NCBI RefSeq assembly: GCF_031769215.1
Contig: NW_026781915.1
Span: 3,410,001 to 3,474,000, forward strand
Origin: Ylistrum balloti
Lineage: Eukaryota
Reading direction: 5' to 3'
DNA length: 64,000 nt
Part shown: one piece after another, positions 39,701 through 51,267 of the stretch
Numbering within the stretch: position 1 is the stretch's first letter
How the letters are laid out: the number at the start of each line of letters is the position of its first letter
Notes under the pieces: generated by a model
What the model was told of the DNA's origin: nothing
The model's input: only the letters and a program-made list of their open reading frames with translations
Database searches by the model: none
Translations under genes and position numbers: made by a program

Positions 39701-42700
39701 AAATTCTGACCAATGCCACATGGCTTCCACTTTGAAGAAAGATTTTCTTCGTTTTAAATTCTTGTTTGATTTAAAGAGTGTTGTTATGCTTACTGTGCAT
39801 CTTAACTCTATATCATGATCTACTTTATGCTGAAAATCCAATCCTGGAAATCTAAATGATTCATTAGATAGGTAGATTGATACAATTCTTCATCTGAGTT
39901 GATTTCATGTTATTGTAACAGTAGGTAACTGAATTACTTTGGTGAAAACTTTGTTTTAAAGATAAAGTTATCTTCTATTTAATGAAGTTTAATTTTTAAA
40001 ACTTTCACATATTAAGATGATGTTTTTAGATATGATTGACGACTTAACACGTTTTGTATTTCAGGTGAAGATAACTTTGAACAACTCATGGGCCCACTCA
40101 TCCAGTGTTAGACTGGAGTTGATAGACAACCGACCTCACCTCTCCTTGTCATCAGATAATGTGGCAAGACAACAGAAGGCAGAAATAATAAAGGTAATAC
40201 AGGACATAAAAGTCATACATGTATTATTGTGTATAAAGTGAAACAACATGTCACGATACATGTATTATTGTGTATTACATGTATTATTGTGTATTACTGC
40301 TCTCTCTAGTGATCTAAAGTCTGAAACAACATGTCACGACTGTAATATCACAGATTGATTAACACATGTATTATACTGCTCTCTCTAGTGATCTAAAGTC
40401 TGAAACAACATTGACTGTAACACATTGATTAACACATGTATTATTGTGTATTACTGCTCTCTCTAGTGATCTAAAGTCTGAAACAACATGTCACGACTGT
40501 AATATCACAGATTGATTAACACATGTATTATTGTGTATTACTGCTCTCTCTCTGTTAGTGATCTAAAGTCTGAAACAACATGTCACGACTGTAATATCAC
40601 AGATTGATTAACACATGTATTATTGTGTATTACTGCTCTCTCTAGTGATCTAAAGTCTGAAACAACATGTCACGACTGTGATATCACAGATTGATTAACA
40701 CATGTATTATTGTGTATTACTGTTTAACACTCTCTCTAGTGATCTAAAGTCTGAAACAACATGTCACGACTGTAATATCACAGATTGATTAACACATGTA
40801 TTATTGTGTATTACTGCTCTCTCCAGTCTGTTAGTGATCTAAAGCCTGAAACAACATGTCACGACTGTGATATCACAGATTGATTAACACATGTATTATT
40901 GTGTATTACTGTTCATTCCAGTCTGTTAGTGATCTAAAGTCTGAAACAACATGTCACGACTGTGATATCACAGATTGATTAACACATGTATTATTGTGTA
41001 TTACTGCTCTCTCTAGTGATCTAAAGTCTGAAACAACATGTCACGACTGTAATATCACAGATTGATTAACACATGTATTAATGTGTATTACTCCTCTCTC
41101 TAGTGATCTAAAGTCTGAAACAACATGTCACGACTGTAATATCACAGATTGATTAACACATGTATTATTGTGTATTACTGCTCTCTCTAGTGATCTAAAG
41201 TCTGAAACAACATGTCACGACTGTAATATCACAGATTGATTAACACATGTATTATTGTGTATTACTGCTCTCTCTAGTGATCTAAAGTCTGAAACAACAT
41301 GTCACGACTGTCTAGTGATCTAAAGTCTGAAACAACATGTCACGACTGTAATATCACAGATTGATTAACACATGTATTATTGTGTATTTAACACTGCTCT
41401 CTGTTAGTGATCTGAAACAACATGTAGTGATAACACATGTATTAAGTCTGAAACAACATGTCACGACTGTAATATCACAGATTGATTAACACATGTATTA
41501 TTGTGTATTACTGTTTTCTCCAGTCTGTTAGTGATCTAAAGTCTGAAACAACATGTCACGACTGTAATATCACAGATTGATTAACACATGTATTATTGTG
41601 TATTACTGCTCTCTCTAGTGATCTAAAGTCTGAAACAACATGTCACGACTGTAATATCACAGATTGATTAACACATGTATTATTGTGTATTACTGTTCAT
41701 TCCAGTCTGTTAGTGATCTAAAGTCTGAAACAACATGTCACGACTGTAATATCACAGATTGATTAACACATGTATTATTGTGTATTACTGCTCTCTCTAG
41801 TGATCTAAAGTCTGAAACAACATGTCACGACGACTGTAATATCACAGATTGATTAACACATGTATTATTGTGTATTACTGCTCTCTCTAGTGATCTAAAG
41901 TCTGAAACAACATGTCACGACTGTAATATCACAGATTGATTAACACATGTATTATTGTGTATTACTGCTCTCTCTAGTGATCTAAAGTCTGAAACAACAT
42001 GTCACGACTGTAATATCACAGATTGATTAACACATGTATTATTGTGTATTACTGCTCTCTCTAGTGATCTAAAGTCTGAAACAACATGTCACGACTGTAA
42101 TATCACAGATTGATTAACACATGTATTATTGTGTATTACTGCTCTCTCTAGTGATCTAAAGTCTGAAACAACATGTCACGACTGTAATATCACAGATTGA
42201 TTAACACATGTATTATTGTGTATTACTGCTCTCTCTAGTGATCTAAAGTCTGAAACAACATGTCACGACTGTAATATCACAGATTGATTAACACTCTCTC
42301 TATTACTGCTCTCTCTAGATCTAAAGAAACAACATGTCACGACTGTAATATCACAGATTGATTAACACATGTATTATTGTGTATTACTGCTCTCTCTACT
42401 GTCTGAAACAACATGTCACGACTGTAATATCACAGATTGATTAACACATGTATTATTGTGTATTCTGCTCTCTTAGTGATCTAAAGTCTGAAACAACATG
42501 TCACGACTGTAATATCACAGATTGATTAACACATGTATTATTGTGTATTACTGTTTTCTAACCAGTCTGCTCTCTCTAGTGATCTAAAGTCTGAAACAAC
42601 ATGTCACGACTGTAATATCACAGATTGATTAACACATGTATTATTGTGTATTACTGCTCTCTCTAGTGATCTAAAGTCTGAAACAACATGTCACGACTGT

Positions 42701-43638
42701 AATATCACAGATTGATTAACACATGTATTATTGTGTATTACTGCTCTCTCTAGTGATCTAAAGTCTGAAACAACATGTCACGACTGTAATATCTGTTAGT
42801 GATCAGAAACAACATGTGATTAACACATGTATTATTGTGTATTACTGCTCTCTCTAGTGATCTAAAGTCTGAAACAACATGTCACGACTGTAATATCACA
42901 GATTGATTAACACATGTATTATTGTGTATTACTGCTCTCTCCAGTCTGTTAGTGATCTAAAGTCTGAAACAACATGTCACGACTGTGATATCACAGATTG
43001 ATTAACACATTGTCATATTTATCACTCTTTGGACAAAAGTAAAGGTCTTGTAAAAGGGATGTAAGATTCTAATTGTAATATGCTCCAGGCAGGTACCTAC
43101 TCACACCATTATGGAAGAGAAAAGTGTTTTACTTAAATCATGATGTTTATTCATCCGTTCAATGTGTTGTATTCTCTTGCACAATTTTCGTAGAATATGA
43201 TCAGTACAAAGAAACGTGTCCTGCATTTTATTTTTCAGTGATTTTACTTGCAATTGATTCCCTTTTATAACCAATTTATTTGTAACTTTACTGATGTCTA
43301 CTCTGATCTTTTGGATTTATTAACCTCTTTTTTTTTAAGACACAGTTCTATGTGAAAGCAACAGATCATGATATTGAAAAATGAAGTTTATCTAGATGAA
43401 ACCATCAGTAAATTTGTAATTTAACCATACAATACTTGAACTAATCTTTCCTACTGAAATGTCTCCTTTATATTGTTAGGAAGTTTCTGATGCAGCAGAA
43501 GAGAAGAGGAGCCATAGGTCAAGTGTTGACCTTGGAGTTAACTTTGAGGAGCTAAAGAAAGAGTATGGACAGTCAGCTAGTGACCATAACATGTATAACT
43601 TATTCCAGTCTTTCAAGGAAATGGCTCTAAAGCGTTGA
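24706..43638 (+). CDS. DIS3L: DIS3-like exonuclease 1 (cytoplasmic exosome RNase II/R family 3'-5' exoribonuclease), complete, about 1057 aa
   Basis: 22 phase-consistent exons: 24706-24865, 25660-25793, 26066-26217, 26461-26542, 27583-27727, 28945-29107, 29283-29434, 29615-29736, 30303-30560, 30740-30888, 31033-31224, 32162-32264, 32519-32613, 33839-33995, 34223-34318, 35245-35397, 35980-36129, 36594-36701, 38559-38701, 39022-39193, 40065-40193, 43480-43638. Motifs: [40 protein letters not shown] (RNB catalytic Asp cluster), [51 protein letters not shown]. These match DIS3L rather than DIS3 or DIS3L2. Confidence 0.96.
26620..26765 (+). mobile_element. SINE fragment with CORE-like box
   Basis: Contains ACAGCCAAGGTCAT and GGGTAAAGTGTCTCGCCAAAGGACATAAC, resembling the CORE-SINE central domain (GTTAAGTGTCTTGCCCAAGGACACAAC). 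Confidence 0.45.
32660..33645. repeat. Compound minisatellite in DIS3L intron 13: 34-bp units, then derived 30-bp units
   Basis: CTAGTCAAGTGTGTCTAGTCTTACACTGACTGTG (period 34, from 32665), then GAGTCAGGTGTGTTAAGTCTTACACTGTAT (period 30, about 33370-33620). A higher-order block recurs at 33083 and 33308 (225 nt apart). Confidence 0.95.
34505..34680. repeat. Degenerate tandem repeat of about 48 bp, about 4 copies
   Basis: Recurring GAGATACAG...TTCCCAGTAAAA-like units near 34510, 34555, 34603 and 34652. Confidence 0.5.
37085..38260. repeat. Direct duplication of about 51 bp (37085-37210) and C/T-rich degenerate CTACAGCCTCCTGTTCT repeats (37750-38260)
   Basis: CTTCTGTTAGCCCTCACACTACAGC.TCCTGTTGAGCCCCCATGCAATAG occurs twice; there are many ACTACAGCCTCC variants and a C13 run near 37824. 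Confidence 0.65.
40240..43010. repeat. 87-bp minisatellite, about 30 copies, filling most of the last DIS3L intron
   Basis: Unit CTAGTGATCTAAAGTCTGAAACAACATGTCACGACTGTAATATCACAGATTGATTAACACATGTATTATTGTGTATTACTGCTCTCT; period checked at 41887, 41974 and 42061. Confidence 0.97.
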
Positions 43639-46004
43639 GGAGTATTTGATATAAATAATCCCTTACACACATATGTTGTGTGGCAGAACCGTCCATGAAA
43701 ATCATACCACCGTCATTTCCAGACAAATTACAATAAAACTGACAAATGAACTTTGAAGTACCAAGTATATAGCTGTAAAATGGCCATGAAAACTGTAAAA
43801 GATTTTCAGTCTAAAATTAATTTTGGGGGAGAGGGGGTGGGGATCAATAAATATATGATAAGCTCCCTTCCTAGGAATTAGAGTATATTGATGTTTCACA
43901 AAATGTCCTTGTAGGCTGACAGTTTAAAGTACAAAGTCTCAAAGTAGAAAATTTGAAATTAGCAGATTTTTTTAACAGACTAATCAATGCCAGGTAAAAT
44001 TTCAGAGGCAGATGTCAATATTGATCATTCTCCAGTCCTTGTATATAATTTCATTCAGCCATTTAGGATGAAATTAGTTTTGGCAAAAATTTAAGATATA
44101 CCCCGGTAATTGTAAAAGTGTAAACTTTAGGTATAACTGTATTTTTATTGCAAGTATGGAGTTCATAGATTTATATCCACAGAATTCATTATCAATATTA
44201 AACAGCGTAAACATTTTAAATAGGAGACTGATACATTACATAAAAATTTCCGAACAACAAAAATATCATATTGGTGCAGGAAAGTCATTTTTGATAGTTT
44301 TCTTTTTTTTTTAAATTGCCTTTTTGTTTGTTTGTGTATGAAATCTCCTGATCATGTTTTTGTTTACCTAGTGAAGTGCTAATATTACTATTTATATAAC
44401 ATACAATGTTAGCGTGATTTTTGGTTCGAAAGGTTCAGATGTTGGGAAGGAACATTACTTGTATGCTATACTTCAAAGACATGTATTCTTCAAACAAAAA
44501 TATATGCTGTAAATTCTGTAATAGTTCTTGTTTCAGAGTGTTCTATGCATGATGAAAGTGAAGCATGTCTCAATATGCCAGTTACAGTTCAGGGCCTTTT
44601 TGAAGGAAAAGTTTCGAAAGTCTACAATAACTTTGAAGTTTACAAGTGATATTCCTTATCTAGTTTCTAAAGCCTGTAGGTACAATGTAAACCAGAAAAT
44701 AAATACCTGCTGTGTGTTTTACATAGTTGTATATTTTGTAATTTATAAGCCACTTAGTTGAGATTTTTATGTTTGGATTCCTGAATGATGTATTTGATAA
44801 TTGTAAGATAGAGATCAGTTTTCTTACAATGGATAAGTACAGGACTCTTTGTGCATCTTTTTGTTACATTGTTGAAAAATAATTATATTGTCAATAAAAT
44901 GATGAAATTAGATGTTTCAATGTTCATTCTCGTGTGGATTTGTACATAAATCTCTGTCCTTGTGGAAGGCATTGAATTGGCCTAAGTCATATACATAGTG
45001 ACTGACCTCAGTCAAAATATAAGTCGGTTCTGGCACCATTTTGATAGATATGTACATGAATAGATTGAATACATGGTTCTGATGGAAGACTTCATCTCAA
45101 TACATACCTTCATACTGTCCAAAGCAGCCTCCAAAAACTTACTGTTTGCCTATTGTAATAATTGACGTAGCTCTTTTGTGGGACCCCTGAGTACCATCCA
45201 GCTTTTTTTTATATATATGAACATTTTAAACACCAGTATGTAAATAGTTGGCATTCCATGGCAGAGATTGTATGTTGCTCTGCTAGAGAGGTGTACATCA
45301 GCACATTTATTATTATCCAAAATGAGGATAAACAAGGCATTGTCAGTAAGTTGATTCAGGAGTCTAATGTATTAGATTGATCAGTCCAAAGGAACTTGAG
45401 TTACTGAATGGAACTGGAGTTATTGTGTCGCAAAGAATTTTAAATTTAAATTCACATTGATATTAACCAAAATTGACATTTCAGCTTGTAAAGCAATGCA
45501 AAATTATCGTTTTTAAGAAATACAGTGTTGGCAAATCAAAACGTTCCTTGCAATGTGTCAAACTGTAAACCTTAGCTTAAAATGAAGGTTACAGCACTGA
45601 ATCAGATTTGATTAATAAAATTTTGACAAAAATATCCGTGGGTTAATGAATAGAATATTGATATTGACGTCTTGGTTTCATTTTGATCTTTCTGGTTCAT
45701 AATGTCACAAAGTAATTTCTAGTAGTAATAGAATATATAATATTTGACCTTGACCTTCAACCCGTTTATCAACTTTGCTTCACATTATATAAAAATATCC
45801 ATCAGTGAAATGTTAAAATTGGACCTCGTTAATTTGACCCTTAGTCAAGAGAATTCTCATTAAAATCGGGTTGGCTTTGCTTCCCAATATCCTCACAAAA
45901 TATTTTTTCTGGGTACCAGTAAATATCTAAAGTTTGACCTGATGACCATGACTTGTAATCGGGCAACTTCTCATTTTGTTTCAGTCAAGTTAACTTCATA
46001 ATTA

Positions 46005-46480
46005 CACCCTTCCACTTAGAGAGGTGGGGGGGGGTTTACAGTAATCAATTTGTCTGTCTGTCCATGCATCCACAATAACTCTGTACACCTCATGAATCCT
46101 TAAACAAATTGGGTTCAAATTCCCACCAAGGTGGATTTTGGTGGTCATTTGTATAGGTTAAAGGGTAAAGATCACCCTTGAAAAGTCTGGCCATTCCAGT
46201 TTCTCGGTTTGACAAGTTGGAACAGGGTTATTTGATGTTTTGACTAGCTTTGACTAACCACATTTAGGCCTGTATCAATATTTGAAGGTCTGTCCTGATT
46301 TATGCCCCATATGTTAAAAGTACCGATTGGTCCACATTAACAAACAGGCTCCTTATGTACAAGATATCACAAGAACCCTTGAACATATTGATTCACACTA
46401 TTAACATCACACCACCTGATTAGCTATTAGTATTTGTGAGAGCTCCTGCTCAATGGTTTTAATGTCATAAAAGAATACTT
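46005..46480 (+). mobile_element. Non-autonomous Helentron/HINE (DINE-1/pearl-like) element
   Basis: Short 5' hairpin CCACTTAGAGAGGTGG followed by a GTCTGTCTGTCC microsatellite, the usual HINE 5' architecture. Confidence 0.45.
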
Positions 46481-49400
46481 AACAGTACCATAGTCACATT
46501 ATTACATATTTTTGATAATATCTTCTCAGTTACATTTCTAGAGAGAGAGGGAATAAACATGTACAATTGTGTAATATCAAATGATAAAATTTGTGTATGT
46601 TCCTAGATCATTTTAAATTGAGTAACTAGCTCTAATTTACCTCTGATGATTGGAGAAAACCCTAGAAATCATTTAAATTATATAGCCAACCATGTTGGGC
46701 TTACTTGTTTAATCCAAAGAAAATCAAGAATAAAACACAAAACAGCTGATAAATTGTATTAACCCTCTTTATTCAAATGATTATCCATAATAAGTTTTGT
46801 TGAAAAGGCAATACATATACACCAAAAAGATATACCAAAACATGATTTAAATGATAAAACCAGCTACAAGAACTTAACCTCAATACATAATGAAGTACTA
46901 ATCCAATAGGATTATGTTTAGGACTCTTAACTCATCCGAAGGAATGTTCCTCTACAGAAGCAATGCCCTGCATTTACTTGAAAAAAAAATAATTAAAAGT
47001 GTGTTACAAGTAATTTTGTGACTCCAGTCACTGGTTTTAACATATAACATATTGATAATTACATAATTAGAACCCTATCTATTTGTCACTTACTGATAGT
47101 AACAGTTGTCATTTTAAACATCCCTAATGACGAATTAGAAATGTTACCATAAAAACACCAAGCTATTAAATAGAAATGAGCACTAGTGATAACAGCTGAA
47201 GCGACATAACAAGTACAAGTATCAAATATGATCAGGATATCCCACAATTCCTGGAACCAATTCTTTTGGCGCAGAATTTTCCTCAATGAATATACATGGT
47301 GTCTCACATTTTTTTCGTCAATCATTAATGTTCATTGTTTCAAATGTCTTTTTCCTTAAAACTGGTTTCAATGAATATTCAAGAGTTTCACCTGTTTTTT
47401 TTCTATTCAATAAACATTCAGATTCACAGATCTACCACAATCCACTATACCCAAAGTCACTTCAGGAACACTCTAGATGTTCCAATTTTAAAAAAAAATG
47501 AAAATATTTTACTTATTTTCAACTACTAAAACAAACTCTGCAAAATGAAGCTGTCATTTATGAAGACAACACTTACATCTAGTATCTTAACAAATGGTGT
47601 AAAAAAGTTGAAATTCCAAAAGATAGAGTGCCCCAGATCAGAGCATTCATTAATAAATAAATTAATTGCCAAATATTCCATGTTTCACAGTTGTGCTTTG
47701 TAGATGATACTGAAGGATTTCTCTTAAATTATTTCCATATGATTTCTTCTATCATATATTAAATAAAATGTTGGGATTTCTTTTCTTTTGAGAAAGTAGT
47801 CTTTCAATTAGTAACAAAAAATGTAGATTTAATCAAAACTCTAGTGTTATTCAAAATCACCTATAAATGCAAATTTAACACAACACTTGGTCTATCTATT
47901 GTAAAACAACTCCTATAAATTTCTCAACCTGTTTGGAGGAGGAGCCCCTTCATTTCAAACAGTTTATACTAGGTATTTATATCTCTTTGTCATAACAGTT
48001 CATTACATATAGTGCCTACTACCCAGGCCACAAAAAAGTGAGGGTCTGAAAACATTCAAATGACTAAATTTGCTTTGAATCACCAAACATTTAAATACAT
48101 ATGGTGTGTTTCTATGTTTTCTTTTGTATCTAGATTGAAGTACTTATGTATTAATGATGTTATATAGTCCTACCTCTGTCAATGTTTAATTTACAGAGAA
48201 CCTCCACAAAAGTTCCAAAACAATAACAACTTCCAAAAGCCACGAAACATCCAGCCAGTAAGCAAAAACAAAGTTTTGTACATTAATTTTGCAATTGTAT
48301 ATTCAACACCTGACCATCTACACATACATAACACAATTAGTTTATCCCGTTTTTTACCACACATGGTTGAACTTGTGAGTGTTTTCTCCCAAAACACAAA
48401 ATAGTGCATTGTATGTTAACACATACGGGCGCAACAAATGATCGGGTGTAATCATGCTGGCTAGATGTACATATATACAGACAAGACAAAAGATGAGGTG
48501 TAATCACATTGCTAGGTGTATATATATATAACTTCACAGACACAATGACATGTTGTAATCATGCTGGTTAGATACCTACATATACTTACCATGCTAGATA
48601 AATATACACATTCACTTTCTTGCAGAACCTCATCACGGTTTCCTGAACTCCTTTTTGTAGTATTTACTGGAGCATCAAATATGACTTCTCATCAATTAGT
48701 ACAGCAGCAATGAGACCACAAATATTAATATTGTGGCCAGCCTTGGGGTAACAGTGACTATAGAAAGGGAAACATTGTAGATACCTGAAGCAGGATCAAA
48801 CAGCCACTGCAACTTGTGTCCTCAAAAAGGAACACCAGAGATTTCAAAGCAAACATGGTCTGTGGTGGTTTACTAACAGTTGTCCTCATTATCAGGGACC
48901 CTCAGACACAACGATCACTCAGATTAAATTTATTACATTTTTGCCAGTGATATATAGCAATTTATTAACTCGATAAATCATCACTGCAGTGATGGTAAAA
49001 GAAATACTATTTCATCTCGTAATAATATCATTTTTACAGTGATGATAACTTTGTAGTTTTGACTTATCAAAGCGGTTCTTTCTATTCACTGCATTGAAAT
49101 TTGTCAATTTTCCTGTTGGTATGCAAACGAAGTGAAGGTTGAACAAGTTGGTTTTCCATCAAATTTTTTTCATGTATATTTCAAGTATATGAAAACAGTT
49201 TTCCAAACTATTTGTATCGAATGACAGCATAAAATGGTACACTACCATACAGAGTGATCAATTAAAAATGGTGTCATCTTATTGTCAAATGTAACATCAA
49301 ACCATCTGACATCAAAAGAACATGCCAATATTTCCCAAACTTTTTTGAACGCCAGTTTACATTATGTCAGATTGGTAACTGGAGAAGATGACTTCTTGTT

Positions 49401-51267
49401 TGTCAAGCCTTCAGTGTCAATGAGATATTCACAATCAAGTACTCTTTTGAGTCTAACGATTCTGCCTGAAAACACAGCACAGCTTTTTCGTATGAAAATG
49501 GTCCTGAAAATATTGTCCGTCTTACAGATAATACCACTCACCTGCACGGATAAAGGTATCTCATCAAGACTTCCTACCTTATAACAAGAATTGAAATATT
49601 AAATGTTCAAGTTATTCCAATATCTCTGTTACGATTTTTTTTTTCATCTCCTTCTGACTACCATATATCTGGCCAGCAATGTGTAAGGCACAAGATAGGA
49701 AAAAAAGGGAAATGTTCATGATATTGTGTTGGATCTCTTGGGTTAGTTAATAAGTTTGAAATATTGTAGCTTTAATCAGACCTTACAAAGTCATTAATCC
49801 ATAAATTACAAGACAATATAAACCATCAGTATATATATACAAATTCTCCGTGAACTACATAACTCGACATCAAAACAGGCTAGACATAAAGAAGCAACAT
49901 AATATCTTTTCTACAAGAAAATATCCCGAATATTGATTAGAACATAAAAAAGTCATTCATATTATCAAGATGCATATTAAAAATGTATTATTCACAAATT
50001 CACATCTATTCTTTCATAAATCAGCACTCAGTTCAAACAATCAACAACTTTAAACAAGGTAAAGAATATATTTCTACAAAGATACATACAGTTACACACA
50101 GAAATATTTTAATTACACGAGATTAAAGGATAAGGAAACAAAATCCATAGATTCAGCCTCTGTCAGAGTTACCCATGTACTATCAATGAGTATGCATCTC
50201 ATAAATAAATAACATGTGGAATAAGACATTTTCATCTCACTTAATCTCTGAAAATTTCTAGTTGATGAATAACAGTTTTTTTACCTGGTGTGTGTATATA
50301 TATATAGATATATAGAAAAAAAATTAGGTATTGTTTTGAAAATGAATTACACTTAAAAGCATCTTGAGGAAAAAAGGACAACAAAATGATAGGCTTTGCT
50401 ATGAGGAGAAAAAATTCTGATTCTGGACATTTTTCTAATGACAAATCTAAACAGACAGCATGGTGATACCTGACAGCTACTCATCTTAACACACCTGAAT
50501 TTCATCATTACTGACATTTGATTCTGGTAAAACTGTGTACAAGATTATTCCATGTATATCTCAATACATAGAACCTGACCAAACAAAACAGACTTGGCCA
50601 GACCTCAGAGCTGAACTCTAAGCTCAACACAATGCCTTAAAGCATATGTAAAGGTCCATTAACCCTTCAAAGAGCTTTTCAGGTTTATATCATACACATT
50701 ATCTTAATAAGATAGTAAAGCATTAAGCTTTAATTCTTAACCTTTTGAGATACTGTTTGCTGTAATTTACACCTGTGACAATGAAAGAAGATCAATATCC
50801 TTCTTAGTATTTTATCCAAGGTAGTTATAACTGCGACTATCCAAGCATCACCATAAAATCACAGGACTTGTCTTCAGAGTCTTCCCAGACTGTACTCAAC
50901 CCCTCGAAGCATCTTTACCATTTAGTTTCTCTTTTTTACATCAGAACTTAAAATTAGAGTATAATAGAAGAGTAAAGTATGTTGGAAAGCATCTTAATAA
51001 TTTTTCTATTAACATAAGAAACAAAACCCAGGCTGATTATTGCAAGTTATTCCCACAAAATACTGACAAAATAAGCAATGATGAGTTATATCCACCTTCC
51101 ACCTGACATAAAGAAAATTCATAATGATCCTACACAAATATGAAAGACAATTTAGTCAATTATCAAATGTTCTAAGCATCCTAAATATTTACAGGTTGAC
51201 ACTGATGCTAGCAGTGCTTGTTTGTGTAGTGTCTGATGAACATCTGAGGCAGTTCGTGTGACAGTAA

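Noticed and set aside
40240-43010. Possible CRISPR array or repeat-encoded protein
   Set aside because: Contiguous 87-bp units without spacers, and no ORF is listed here in the track.
40240-43010. p53 half-site array (ACATGT)
   Set aside because: The flanks do not fit RRRCWWGYYY in either position of the unit.
46105-46130. tRNA T-loop-like GGGTTCAAATTCCC
   Set aside because: No A box or cloverleaf upstream; it lies inside a HINE-like repeat.
43702-50444. Numerous 60-100 aa ORFs between DIS3L and TMEM59 and elsewhere in introns
   Set aside because: No recognisable motifs or splice-consistent chains; such ORFs are expected by chance in AT-rich DNA.
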